Source of the DNA: Octopus sinensis
Taxonomy: Eukaryota
Direction: 5' to 3'
Assembly (NCBI RefSeq): GCF_006345805.1
Contig: NW_021832260.1
Location: forward strand, 1 to 62,139
DNA: 62,139 nucleotides
How positions within the stretch are numbered: the first letter of the stretch is position 1; the number at the start of each line of letters is the position of its first letter. Position numbers and translations under genes: made by a program. The notes under the pieces are model-generated. The model made no database searches. It was not told where the DNA came from and saw only the letters and a program-made list of their open reading frames with translations. Below are positions 25,825 through 40,045 of the stretch, one piece after another.

Positions 25825-26112
25825 GTGCACTCTGTCGGTTACGACGACGAGGGTCCCAGCTGATAGGATCAACGGAACAGTTTGCTCGTGAAGTTACGTG
25901 CAAGTGGCTGAGCACTCCACAGACACGTAGTTCTCAGCGTGACAAGACTAGCCTTTTGAAATACAAGTACTACTCATTTTTGCCTGTAGAGTGGACTGGA
26001 GCAATGTGAAATAAAGTGTCTTGCTCAAGGGCACAACGCGTCGCCGGGAATTGAACTCACGACCTTACGATCTTGAGTCGAATGCTCTAACCACTAAGCC
26101 ACTCGCCTTCAC
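25825..26112 (-). mobile_element. tRNA-derived SINE, family C (CORE-like gtgcccttgagcaagacactt)
   Basis: Minus strand reads ggcgagtggcttagtggttagagc (A box)...gtgagttcaattccc (B box), then the body and the tail ...cgtcgtaaccgacagagtgc. Confidence 0.9.
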
Positions 26113-26189
26113 ACACACATATATATATAATGGTTCAAAAGACAGAGACAGGTGAAGGAACAGCAAGCAGGTGTATATATATATGTATA

Positions 26190-26222
<33 letters not shown>

Positions 26223-26253
26223 CTTATTTAAGCAGCAGAAAATTCAACAAAAT

Positions 26254-26291
26254 CTGTTACTCTGAGTTTCTCGTTGCCGTTCATCAGACAG
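26254..26291 (-). ncRNA. Minimal type I hammerhead motif in the PLE pseudo-LTR (canonical core)
   Basis: CUGU-CUGAUGA-A-CG-GCAA-CG-A-GAA-ACUCAGAGU-A-ACAG. Stem II is weak (A.A at its base). Confidence 0.65.
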
Positions 26292-27391
26292 TTTTTGCTA
26301 GAATGGAACCGATAATCAATTCAATCTAGATTCTTACAAATGCTACACCTTTAAAAAAATGGACTTGTTTGATTGGCCCTTTAGAAAAAACGGTCAATCT
26401 TCGAGCGATAAACAAAAAGGTCAAAAATATATGTTATATTATATATAAACTTATAAAAATTATAAGATTCGAGGAAAAAAACCTTACATTGAATAAAATA
26501 CATTATTGACACTAATGAAGAAAGTATAATTAAAGCATAGAAATTAAACCTGTTATAAATATTACACTGCAATAATATTATTATTAAAGTGTACCAATAT
26601 ATATCAACATACACAGAAGGATGCGTGCAAACGCCATACATTACAGACGTATAAATATAAATCTAAAATATACACATAAATGCATGCGTACATATATTTA
26701 CGCAATCCGTCTCGCACGCAAGTTAAAATAATCTATGTAGCGATTCTCATATACTGAGTAAGGGGGGGAAACGAAAGAAAGGAAGAGAGAAAAAAAGGAA
26801 CGAAGAAGGGGGAAGGAAAAAAGAAAAAGGAGGGGTGGGGGAAAAAAACGAAATAAGAAAAAATTATGTATACAAGCTGTATAACGGCATTATTGACATG
26901 TATGGAGACAAGTATACAAATACACAAGTTCGAATGAATACATACAGATACAGTCGTGTATATGTGTGCTTAAGCACAAACATACGCTCACTTACACATA
27001 CACAGATACGCATGCTTACAAATACATATCCATGGCTATACACATACTTATATCAAAATTCTAATTTTTGACAACATTGCTTTTTTAAAAAAACATTGCT
27101 TTTTTTTTAAAAAAAAAAGTGCAATAATAAAAAACATATACGAAAGACATATAAAATAAAATATAACACCCTATTTTGGATCATCTATAAAAAATCAAGG
27201 TAATCCTATACAATACAATAACATGAAATAAACAAAGTCGAAGGTTTTTCCTAATGTATATGTAGAAACATAAGACTTTGCTATACGGATTAAAATCTGC
27301 ATAGCGTGGAACAAAATCCATTGTAGCGCTCACACACCAGTTCAAGAGTCAAAATCAAAATTTCAAAAATCAAAAATACAAAATATATACT

Positions 27392-28170
27392 CTATCCATA
27401 TGGTATATTTATATTCGACATTTTAAATTTAGCCGCGTGCCTACATAAGTTCATTAGCTCACTTCTTTGATTCAAAGAATTATTGTCTTTGAATAAAATG
27501 TACATTTTTTCTAATAGGCAAAGTTTGCACTTAAAATTATTTTTGTATGCTCCATGCCTGTATGGTGCCGCCCTGTCCAGAATGCTCCATGTCACGTTGA
27601 AAGGTGGAGTTTCCTTTTCTTTTAGTTCCCAGACATATTTTGCTAGGCTGGTCCTCTTCCTATTCTCTGGGTATTTAAAGGAATTTTTATGAGAATAAAA
27701 TCTTGTTTTAAATGAATTTTCTGAAGCCCCTGTGTATGTCTTGTATTCCGATGAGCCTTCTACTTGCACCTTGGCTCTATAAACTACTCCTTTCACTAGA
27801 CATTTCCCTTCTAACGGACAGGAGCTTTCGTTTTTGAAATTGCATTTCTTAATAGGCTCGGCACCATGTCTAATCTCAATTAGCTTCCTATTATGCTGGC
27901 TAATGTAAGAGGCGAAATTTCTGCAACAAGAATAGCTAACCTTCAGGGTTCTTCTATTAAATATCCTATAGAATTTATGACCCTGCTTAAAATGCTTAGA
28001 GACTTATCTCAAAAATTCTTTACCTATATTAGTCTTTACGGCCAAATTGAAAGCCGGGTTGAACCACAAAACTTTCCTGGTCCTAGTTTTCTTGCAGCAT
28101 TATTATCAGCATTAAGCTGGTTGTACTGGATCTTCTCAGAGAATCCACTATTCTTTAATGCGCTATCGTA
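27392..28170 (-). pseudogene. PLE ORF remnant: RT thumb/linker, Cys-rich linker and GIY-YIG endonuclease (Neptune/Nematis-like)
   Basis: YDSALKNSG (frameshift) RTRKVLWFNPAFNLAVKTNIGKEFLR*VSKHF...IFNRRTLKVSYSC...HNRKL...CNFKNESSCPLEGKCLVKGVVYRAKV...YTGASENSFKTRFYSH...CKLCLLEK...LNQRSELMNLCRH. One frameshift and one stop. Confidence 0.93.
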
Positions 28171-29006
28171 AAAAGCAATGTTTTAAAAAAAGCAATGTTT
28201 TTTTAAAAAAGCAATGTTGTCAAAAATTAGAATTTTGATATAAGTATGTGTATAGCCATGGATATGTATTTGTAAGCATGCGTATCTGTGTATGTGTAAG
28301 TGAGCGTATGTTTGTGCTTAAGCACACATATACACGACTGTATCTGTATGTATCCATTCGAACTTGTGTATTTGTATACTTGTCTCCATACATGTCAATA
28401 ATGCCGTTATACAGCTTGTATACATAATTTTTTCTTATTTCGTTTTTTTCCCCCACCCCTCCTTTTTCTTTTTTCCTTCCCCCTTCTTCGTTCCTTTTTC
28501 TCTCTCTTCCTTTCTTTCGTTTCCCCCCTTACTCAGTATATGAGAATCTCTACATAGATTATTTTAACTTGCGTGCGAGACGGATTGCGTAAATATATGT
28601 ACGCATGCATTTATGTGTATATTTTAGATTTATATTTATACGTCTGTATATGTATGGCGTTTGCACGCATCCTTCTGTGTATGTTGATATATATATGTAC
28701 ACTTTAATAATAATATGTATTGCAGTGTAATATTTATAACAGGTTTAATTTCTATGCTTTAATTATACTTTCTTCATTAGTGTCAATATGTATTTTATTC
28801 AATGTAAGGTTTTTTCCTCGAATCTTATAATTTTTATAAGTTTATATATATATATATATATACATATATTTTTGACCTTTTTGTTTATCGCTCGAAGATT
28901 GACTGTTTTTTCTAAAGGGCCAATCAAACAAGTCCATTTTTTTTAAAGGTGTAGCGTTTGTAAGAGTCTAGATTGAATTGATATATCGGTTCCATTCTAG
29001 CAAAAA

Positions 29007-29044
29007 CTGTCTGATGAACGGCAACGAGAAACTCAGAGTTACAG
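29007..29044 (+). ncRNA. Second copy of the same hammerhead motif, in the inverted arm
   Basis: Identical to 26254-26291 except that the cleavage triplet is GUU instead of GUA. Confidence 0.65.
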
Positions 29045-29148
29045 ATTTTGTTGAATTTTCTGCTGCTTAAAATAAAGCATATTACTCTACCACTGGTATT
29101 TGAGTACTCTTTTTTCCACCTTGTTTCACATTTATGTGTTTACTCCGG

Positions 29149-29199
<51 letters not shown>

Positions 29200-29200
<1 letters not shown>

Positions 29201-29410
29201 CATGCTAGATACAGCACTGAATCTAAACACGAAAAGGACAAAACCTTACGAAGGACCAGTATACATAGATAAGAACTCCAACAACTTGCTCAAAGACCAT
29301 GCAACACCTCGTAGACACCATTAGCAGACGTTTACCTAGTATGTCGCCAGGCAGACATTTAACAAAGTCGCCTGAAATCTGAGCTAGAAGCAGCTTTAAC
29401 TGAAAAACAT
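29200..29410 (+). mobile_element. Old PLE RT remnant
   Basis: LDTALNLNTKRTKPY...PVYIDKNSN / TISRRLPSMS / FNKVA / EAAL resembles the PLE RT segment just upstream of the thumb. Confidence 0.55.
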
Positions 29411-29509
29411 GAAACAAAAATGAGAGCAAGTAATACCAAGGGTATAAATAAAAATATTTTCAGGTACAGTTCTTCCAAAAATGTCTTCAGGACTTCTTTG
29501 GCACTGGTT

Positions 29510-29915
29510 AGGCGCAGTCTTTGCTGTGTGGTAAGAAGTTTGCTTCCCAGCCACATGAACCCGGGTTTAGTATAACTGTGTGGCACCGTGGGCAAGTGTC
29601 TCCTACTATAGCCACTGGCCGACGAAAGCCTTGTCAGTGTATCTGGTAGATGAAAGAAGACCGTCGTGTATGTGTTTGTGTGTGTGTATGTTTTTTATAT
29701 GTGTATGTGCCTTCGTACCATGTTCGTCCCCCACCACTGCTTGAGAACCGGTGTTGATGTGTTAACGTCCCTGTAACTTGGTTCGGAAAAAGCGAACGAG
29801 AGAATAAGTACCAGGATTAAAAAGAATAAGTACTGAGGTCAATTTGTTTGGCTAAAATTCAAAGTGGGGATCCAGCATGGCCACACTAATGACTGCAGTA
29901 ACTAAACGATTAAAG
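29510..29915 (+). mobile_element. Family B SINE
   Basis: ggcgcagtctttgctgtgtggtaag...gggcaagtgtctcctactatagcc...ccagcatggccacac. Confidence 0.88.
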
Positions 29916-30025
29916 ATGAAAGATGGCAGAAAATGTACAAAAAACCCCAAACAATTAGAGTTTCCGAGCATACTGTTGGGCCATTTTGATATTTTAATTA
30001 TAAACTGGTTGTGTGTATACAAACA

Positions 30026-30056
<31 letters not shown>

Positions 30057-30489
30057 CACACACATACATACATACATACGTACGTACATACATACGTACG
30101 TACATACATACGTACGTACATACATACGTACGTACATACGTACGTACGTACGTACGTACTCAAGAGTGAAGGAATACAGTCGACAAGATCTGTGTAAATA
30201 TGTTTTATAGTGATCAGAACCTCGGAAGTGGTAAATATCCAAGCGAGGTGTATACTGTAGGCTACTCTTCAGACCAAGGATATCTCGAATAAATGAAAGT
30301 TAATACATGGAAGAACTTGTTTCAGTTTATCGTACTTCGATACAAAAAGATCCATAATATTCCGTCTCAATAAACCACTACTGACACTGAAAGTTGTTTT
30401 TTTATATTTGTGTGTGTCTGAGTGTGTGTGTGTGTGTGGCGTTGTATGTGTATGGCGGAGTTCGTGTGTATGGTTGGGTGTCTGTGACC

Positions 30490-30700
30490 ACGAGTTTTTG
30501 TGCTTGACCTCCACCATCGTTTGATATCCGATGTAGGTTTATTTACGTCCTCGTACTCTAGCGGTTCGGCACTAAAGACCATCAGAATAGGTACCAGACT
30601 AAAAGACAATAATCATTTGGGCCATTTTGTTGACTAAAATACCATCCAGTGGAATGTCCCTGAATGGTCGCTGTCCAATGACTACAACAAGTAAAAAATG
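30490..30700 (+). mobile_element. Family B SINE 3' half, degenerate
   Basis: tttacgtcc...agcggttcggca...gaataggtacc...atgactacaacaagtaaaa. Confidence 0.7.
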
Positions 30701-31241
30701 GAAAATCTAACCAAGCTTTTTTTTATAAATAATAATTCGTCAACATGTGGTTCGAACCTTCCACACCTAATGTTTCGTGTGTCGTTAACGAGAATAACTT
30801 ATCCATAAGGCTCTTCATGATCTTCGGCACCAGTCACGCGAGGAATTTATTGTTATACTTATTATTTTTATCTGTCAATTATAGAATTATCAATTAATGT
30901 TGATGTCAAGTACAATCAGTTGACAACAAGAACAAGAGATCGAACTGTCAGTAAGTAATTTCCGAAAAATGAGATTAACATGTCCGTGGGTCATTTTTCG
31001 CAGAGTTAACCGAATTGGAGAGAGAGAAAGAGAAGCGGTCTTTTTCCGAACAAAGACAAACAACCATAAAAGGAGGAGGAAAAAGAAAAACTTATTTCCG
31101 ATTACCAAACAGCAGAACCAATAGAAAATTAGGCAGAAAAAGGAAAGAAAGACAAAAATATAATTATTAAAAAAAGGAAGGCAGAAGAGAAAAAAATAAC
31201 AATCACAAAATGTGCAGTGCATGTGTGTGTATGTATTGTGT

Positions 31242-31324
<83 letters not shown>

Positions 31325-31568
31325 GTACATATTTCTATATGTGCATATATGTATTCATATGATATGTGCGTTAATATCTCTCTCTCTCTCTCCCCCTATA
31401 TATTATATATATATATATATATTGCTACACACTAACACACAACAATATATATATATACATGTATATACATATTTCTAAATTTGTATATATACCTACATAT
31501 ATATGTACACATACGTATATATATAAAACATACATACATACATACATAGATACTATATACATACGTAT

Positions 31569-31619
<51 letters not shown>

Positions 31620-32059
31620 TGTATACAAAACAAAGAAAATGCATTCCTAATCGTTTTTATTTATATTTTTTTCATTCTTTTCCTTTCTCTCTTTCTCCAT
31701 ATTCTCACTTTTCTCGTTTATTCACGTTTCTTTCTCTCACTCCCTCTCTTTCACTCTGTCTTGCATCCGTTCTTTACCATTTTACATCTTTTCTCTTTCT
31801 TCGTCCCTTTCGCACCCACACTGCTTCATATTCCAAGTCAATCTTCCAAATCGCTTCCTCGCTCTCTAAGCTTCTCTTTCCCTTTTACCTTTCGTATTAT
31901 CTCTCTATCTTCCTCCATCTCTCTTTCTCTCTATCTCTCTGTCTCTCTCTCTCTCTCTCTGACCTCCAAAATCCTTTCAGCTATGTTTTTAGATGACTAT
32001 TTCCTAATGCAATCATTAGACAAACTAATCTGGTACCAGAACGCCAATACACACACACA

Positions 32060-32344
32060 TGTGTGTATGTGTGTATATATATGTGTATATATATATATTT
32101 ATGTATATATATGTGTATATATATGTATATATATATGCATATATATATATGTATATGTATATATATGCATATATATATGCATATATATATAGTATATGTA
32201 TATATATGCAATATATATATGTAATGTTATAATATATGATATATATAATATATATATATATGTATATTATATATATGCAATATTATATATATATATGATA
32301 TGTATATATATGCATATATATATATAGGCATATATATATATATA

Positions 32345-32390
<46 letters not shown>

Positions 32391-32453
32391 TATATATATA
32401 TATGATATTATATATATATATGCATATATATATATATGCTATATATATATATA

Positions 32454-32493
<40 letters not shown>

Positions 32494-32525
32494 TATATAT
32501 ATATATATGCATATATATATATATA

Positions 32526-32597
<72 letters not shown>

Positions 32598-33252
32598 ATG
32601 CATATATATATATATATATGTATATATATGCATATATATATATAATGCATATATATATATATATATATGCATATATATATATATGCATATATATATACTA
32701 TATACATATATATATAATATACATATATGCATATATATATACATATATGCATATATATATATATATAATATATATATACATATATATATGCATATATATA
32801 TATATACATATATATAATGCATATATATATATATCATATATGCATATATATATATATATACATATTATATGCATATATATATATATACATATATGCATAT
32901 ATATATAATATATATACATATATATATATATATATACATATATATATCATATATATTATATACATATATATATATAATATACATAATATATGCATATACA
33001 TATATATATGCATATACATATATATATGCATATACATATATATATATACATATATATATGCATATACATATATATATATCATATATATGCAATATATATA
33101 TATATATATATATATGCATATACATATATATATATATATACATATATATATGCATATATATATATATGCATCTACATATATATGCATATACATATATATA
33201 TATACATATACATAATATATATAACTATATATATGCATATATATATATATAT

Positions 33253-33289
<37 letters not shown>

Positions 33290-33886
33290 TGCATATATAT
33301 ATATATATATATGCATATATATATATATGCATATATATATATAATATATATATGCAATATACATATATATATGCATATACATATATATATATATACATAT
33401 ATATATGCATACATATATATATATACATATTATATATGCATATATATATATATATATATATGCATATTATATATATATATGCATATATATATTATATATA
33501 TATATGCATAATATATATATATATAGCATATATATATGCATATATATATATATATAATATATATGCATATTATATATATATGCATATATATTATATATAT
33601 ATATATGCATATATATATATATATGCAATATTATATATATGCATATATATTATATATAGTATATGTATATATATATATATGTATATATATATATAATATG
33701 TATATATATATATAATATGCATATATATATATATATGTATATGTATATATATGCAATTATATATATATATATAGTATATATATTGCATATATATATATAT
33801 ATGCATATATATATATATATGTATTATATATATATATATATAATATATATGCATATATATATATATATGTATATGTATATATATGC

Positions 33887-33920
<34 letters not shown>

Positions 33921-34066
33921 GCATATATATATATATTATGTATATATATGCATATATATATATATATGCATATATATATATATATGATATATATATATAT
34001 ATATGTATATGTATATATATGCATATATATATATATATATATATTATGTATATGTATATATATGAT

Positions 34067-34102
<36 letters not shown>

Positions 34103-34452
34103 ATTATATATATAATATATATATATATATGCATATATATATATATATTATATGCATATATAATATATATATATGCATATATATATATATATATACATAT
34201 ATGCATATTATATATATACATATATGCATATAACTATATTATATTAATATATGCATTATATTATATCTACATATATGCATATATATTATATTACATATAT
34301 GCATTATAATATATATACATATATGCATATATAATATATACATATATGCATATATATATATATATATATATATAATAATATACATATATGACATTATATA
34401 TATATATATACATATATATATGCATATATATTATATATATACATATATACTA

Positions 34453-34483
<31 letters not shown>

Positions 34484-34550
34484 CCTATATATATATATAA
34501 CATATATATATGCATATATATATAATATATATATATACATATATATATGC

Positions 34551-34584
<34 letters not shown>

Positions 34585-34638
34585 TATATATATATATATA
34601 TATATATATGCATATATATATATATATATATATATTGC

Positions 34639-34695
<57 letters not shown>

Positions 34696-34750
34696 CATAT
34701 ATATATGCATATATATATATATATATATCTATATATGTATATATATACAT

Positions 34751-34790
<40 letters not shown>
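32060..34790. repeat. About 2.7 kb (TA)n array punctuated by TGCA and TACA
   Basis: Directly visible; it is the source of all Y/I/H/M-rich ORFs in this interval. Confidence 0.97.
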
Positions 34791-34798
<8 letters not shown>

Positions 34799-35422
34799 TC
34801 GTAGGGAAAGATCAAAGTAAAACAGAGAATCTTCGATGTTTATCTCAACAGCAGAAGCAGCAGCGGTTGTGTTATTTCGTCAGAGCAACAATAACAGCAA
34901 AAAAAATCTATAAGACTAACAATAAGGGAATCTCGAACGTTCGTTTTTGCCTATTCGATGTCAAACAATATAGCCTACTGATTAAACACACACACGCACA
35001 CACGCACACACACACGCACACACGCACACACACACACACACACACAGTGAGTGTGTGTGTGTGGCACACGCTTTCCTAGAATTTCTATTTGTCATATTAT
35101 TTGACATGAAAGCTGTTGGCCACCGCAAGGCTGCAGAAAAAGACATTTGCGTAAAATGCCAACTTGAATTAGAATCGAATGCGGAACAAAACTATTGAAG
35201 TGAACTTCTTAACCACGCAGCTAAATCTGCGTCTCTTAATTCGTTTGCTATATTTGTGTTATATGCTTTTAATGCGTTAGACATTATCTGTTTCCAACTT
35301 GTACGTGATTTAAAAATAAAGGCAGTAATTACTGTTTCAATGTATAGGACTTTGTTGAACACCACAACATCACTTTTCGATGCTTCTAGTAGGAACCATT
35401 CTTCCGCGAGTATTCAATTTAC

Positions 35423-35466
<44 letters not shown>

Positions 35467-35799
35467 CTCTATTTCTCTGTCTATCTCTCTATTCGTCTGC
35501 CTGTTCATGTGTGCGTGTGTATATACTTTATATGCATTTGTATCAAGTAATACATCAGAACAATTTGACCGTAAACTGATGGAGTATTTGGTACCTTTTA
35601 ACAGAATACATGTTTATTAGTTTTATTAATTTACTGGGCACATATTTCTAGCGGTCACATGAATCACTACTTAAACAGCAACGATATTTTGAAAAACGAT
35701 GAGTGTTAAGTAAACTTGCCGATCTGGGTTCAGTCCTTCCCTAGAATATTGTTTTGAAAGTAGACGGTGCCATTTTCGTAAACACTTCTTGACTGATGT

Positions 35800-36010
35800 T
35801 CAGGTTATTTCTATTTTTTACTGGTTTCAATCATTAAGATTGCAGCCAATCTGGAACACTTCACTGATGAGTTTTGAGTGAATAAATCAACCCCCTCCAA
35901 CACAGAACTTATATTTATAAGCTTGGTGACTATGATATCGGTCTCTTTGCTGACCTGCTAAACTGTGGGGATGAAAACAAACTAGCATCGTTTGTTCGAG
36001 ATATCTATGA
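35800..36010 (-). mobile_element. Family B SINE 3' part, degenerate
   Basis: tttactggtttcaatcatt...atcggtctctttgctga... Confidence 0.6.
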
Positions 36011-36163
36011 TCAGTAGCACTCCAGCCACGGCCATCTTGGCTCAATTCTTTATAAAAAAGTTGTTCAATGATACTTTCTATTTTTGAAGACGGCAGGTTG
36101 AGATTGTAATTTGAGGGAGATGTTGCTGTTACTTTTAGCAAATCCATTGAACATAGGAAGATT

Positions 36164-36290
36164 TTCAAATTCTGCCAAGGTTGATTTCGCCTTTCATCCT
36201 TTCGTGGACGATAAAATAAGTACCAGTTGACTACTGAGGTCGGAATAATGGACTCATCTCCCTCCCTCGAAATTATTGGCCTTATGGAGA
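36164..36290 (+). mobile_element. Family A SINE core and tail fragment
   Basis: tcaaattctgccaaggttgatttcgcctttcatcctttcg...aaaataagtaccag. Confidence 0.8.
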
Positions 36291-37921
36291 AGAGTTATTT
36301 CAGTGTATGGGAAATCTAGAAAAGAAAGACATGGTGAAGTGTTTCGCATGGCATTTCAGGTGTAAGGACGGCAGAGGAAAGATATGGAATCAGTCGAGTG
36401 CGCCTGAGTGGAAACGATGTATAGTTAGCTATTTCACAAATCTGTTGTTTAATCTACAGACACAATACAAACAATTTTTAATTAGTGAAATCGCAGCACA
36501 ACTACTGTGTCAGGATTTCAGTAAACTCATTAGGGAATCAACAGATAACGGGTCGATATAATTGACTCCTTTACTTAATCAATAACCTCATAATTATCCC
36601 TTGTGTCAAATTAAGGGACCTATAATATATAGAAGCATGCCTCGAGGCGTTGCAGTTGATATCAAAATTTATGACGATACAACTTTACATACCACCATCA
36701 CCACCACTTTTCATCAATCACTGGGGTGGGGATAGTAGTGGTGGTTGTTGTTGTTGTTGGTGGTGATGGTAATGTTAGTGGTGGTGTTGTTGGTAGTGTT
36801 GGAATGGCGTTGGTGTTGTTGGTGGCGGTAAAGCAATGTGGGTTGTAGTGGTAATGGTTGTGAGTACAAGTTATCTATGACCACCACTCTAAACTCTGGT
36901 CATAGTCATCCCTACATTGTAATTTGGTGTTATAAAGAAACCAATACAATCACCGATAGTGGCAACAATGAATAATTGACGAGTGTTTCGGTGAAGTAAG
37001 GTGACAGACGTGACTAAATTTTTATGACTGAATAACAATAATGATGATGATGATGATGATGCTGCTGATTATTACCTTCATATTAACGTTGTCGTTTTTA
37101 ATCATCATCATCGCCATCATCATCATCATTATTATGGCAATATTGATAATGTCGATTACGTTTTCCGTCCGCCAAACTCAATTATGAGGCGGGAAATTGG
37201 TTCTTAACGTCCTTTATCTGAATAAAGCCACATACATACATACAGAGATGCATACATACATACATACACACATGCATGCACACACACACACACACACACA
37301 TATATACATATGCATGTATATGTCTATATATATATATATCTATATACAATATATTATATTATATTATTATATATATATATTATATATATACAATATATAT
37401 ATATTATATATATATTATATATATTATATATATATATATTATATATATATTATATATATATATTATATATATATTATAATTAATTATAGATATTAATATA
37501 TTATTATATATATATATATTATATATATATATTATATATATTATATATATTATTATATATTATATATATATATATTATATACATTATATATATATATTAT
37601 ATATTATATTATATATATATATATAATATATATATATAATATATTATATAACACATATATATATATATATCTGTGCGTGCGTGTGTGCGTGCGTGCGTTT
37701 GTATGTCTTTGTGCACGTGACAAGGAGTGAGATGGCGGAACGAAAGAGAAAGAAACCCAGATACACAGCAGATCTTTCTAGCTTTCTAACTTCAGCGGTC
37801 ACCAAATGAATATATATATGTGTGTGTGTGTACATATCCATGAGCATATAGAAGCATGAAATAATCAGACATATACTCCATTTCACAGGCACTCATACAC
37901 TTTAATGTTTCAATGCATGTG

Positions 37922-37959
<38 letters not shown>

Positions 37960-39147
37960 GTGCGTGTGTGTGTGCGCGCCCGCGCATGCTTGCGTGTATG
38001 TATGTGTATGTACTATTTGTGCATGTATATATATTTACGTGCTAATAAGTGCAAGCAATAAAAAGATCCCATTTCTCACAACAGCTTTATATATTTACAT
38101 ACACGAAGACACTTGTCTATGTACACACACAAATGTGTACATGCAAACGTACACACAATCAAACACATCTACACACGCACATATATACACAAATTACAAT
38201 AAGATGAAGAAATAAGAGAACGGGAATATCAGATAAATAACAAAAACAGCAAGAGAAAAATAGGAAACAAAGACAGCAGCAGACAACGAGGCATAAAAGT
38301 AAAAATCCGCCATATTTGACCCCAGGGACTGGGTGTTTGAAATTGCTGGGACCAAATGATTGCATGCAGATGAGCGAAAAATAAAATATAATGAATGACT
38401 GCATATTTATGAAGACATTAGCAAACATACGTGCAATATATACATACATATATACGTGCATATATATCAATGTATATACTCAAAATAAGCAGCAAGAATA
38501 ACTCCGGTAATTTGGTACGATCGTTTCGTACTACATCATTTTATTAAATATTGTAAGTATTACAACAGATTTAAGATGCTGAGTACTCATTAGCCAATTA
38601 TAGAGGTTTTCCATTAATACAAAAATTTTCAAATCAAGTGGCAACATTATAGAGAAGGTAGATATACAGACAAAGATGTGGATTTAAATTTTAAGAACAT
38701 ATGAGGTAGTGAAGTCCTTCCACTGACTGACTAAGATATGGTTGTTCCTAACTGCTGTAAGGTTAGAAGCAATAAAGATTTTTTAATTGTAGAAATGGGG
38801 TAAAGGAGGTTTCAGAACTCCATAAAAGGAATTCATGTTTGGTGAGAGAAACTAGGTCAATGTCAAATGGTCCTAATCCCATTCACCGAGAATGTAATTT
38901 AGAGAAAAAAAGGTGGGGGAAAAAAACCTATCACTTATTATTATGAGTAGGCATAGTATTTTTTCAATGGGGGAAACCTTATTAATTTTAAAGCTAGATT
39001 AATTTTAGAAAAAAATTCTAATTTCAAGTTTGCAGTGAAGTTTTGTTTTAGTCATCTATGAATGTTAAATTGAAAGCTAGTATAGTAAATTTCTTCTTAT
39101 TTGATTATAAAAAATAAAAATTTGAAAAATATAGATATGTACATATC

Positions 39148-39193
<46 letters not shown>

Positions 39194-39589
39194 TTTAGAC
39201 ATATATTTATACACAAACATATGTATATATATATATATAATATATATATATATAATATATATATATGCTTATGAATTTTTATACATGCATACATACATAT
39301 ATATATGTATGCATATAGCTATATCGGTATATTCTGTATTTATAATGTATCAATGTAATGTATACAGGAACATATTGCCTATGTTACTGTTTATATATAT
39401 ATATATGTATATATATAGAGAGAGAGAAAGAGAGAGACACAGAGAGAGAGATGCAGATGAATATGGTGCTTATGTTGAGGCACTAGAATTTAGTACGGTA
39501 TTATCCATACAATTTCAAAATAAGGTGATTAAAATCAAAATAAGCAACAAGGCTATCCAGAGGTAATGCAGTACGATCGTTTTATGCAA

Positions 39590-40045
39590 CTCCATTTAAT
39601 TGAACAATGCAATCATTTCATTACATCAATTTAAAATGTAGAGCATTTGATTTGGTATAAATGCATTTATGTAAGTAAATTCTGTGGGTATTGGAGTATC
39701 ACTACCTTCTACGTCGTTTCATTTATGAGTACGTACTCCTGCTTTTGTCTGACTGCTGGGTCCTTCGGGAGCTTCGGCCCAGTGTGTCATCATGTAGATC
39801 TTTGGCATGTTGGCCTTTGGCATGTTGGTAGAGTATGGAGGACTATTTTTGGCATCATATTGCCTCAAGTGTTTATTTAATCTCTCTGCAATACTTCAAG
39901 ATGTTTCTCCCGTGTATGCCGTGTCCTTGTCAACACAAGCACCCTCTGTGCACTTATGAAAACTGCATGGTATGTAAGAATAAAGCTGGAATTAACGGTA
40001 GAACTAGAAATGCTTATTAGTGCTTTCGTCCGTTCAATCGGACTA
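39590..40045 (-). mobile_element. Rearranged PLE remnant (same family as 11188-11575) with an internal inversion
   Basis: Minus strand: CTEGACVDKDTAYTGETS*SIAERLNKHLRQ...PKDPAVRQKQEYVLINET. The plus strand at 39955-40020 carries the preceding segment ENCMVCKNKAGINGRTRNAY. Confidence 0.8.

Larger units (their letters stand above)
26227..29071 (-). mobile_element. Young 5'-truncated Penelope-like element with an inverted pseudo-LTR (arms of about 880 bp)
   Basis: 26227-~27105 and ~28171-29071 are near-identical reverse complements enclosing the PLE ORF end. Confidence 0.92.

Noticed and set aside
26030-26112. tRNA-like sequence with A and B boxes (similar heads on other SINEs)
   Set aside because: It continues directly into SINE body and tail and has no complete cloverleaf, so it is a SINE head and not a tRNA gene.
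32227-34820. Long ORFs of up to 275 aa rich in Y, I, H, M and C (also at 8958-9548, 45660-46226 and many others)
   Set aside because: These are translations of (TA)n/(CA)n/(TACA)n microsatellites, which lack stops in some frames; there is no coding signal.
38600-38850. Possible PLE RT remnant on the minus strand (TPHFYN, YLPS)
   Set aside because: Only two short motifs across stops and frameshifts; not enough to call.
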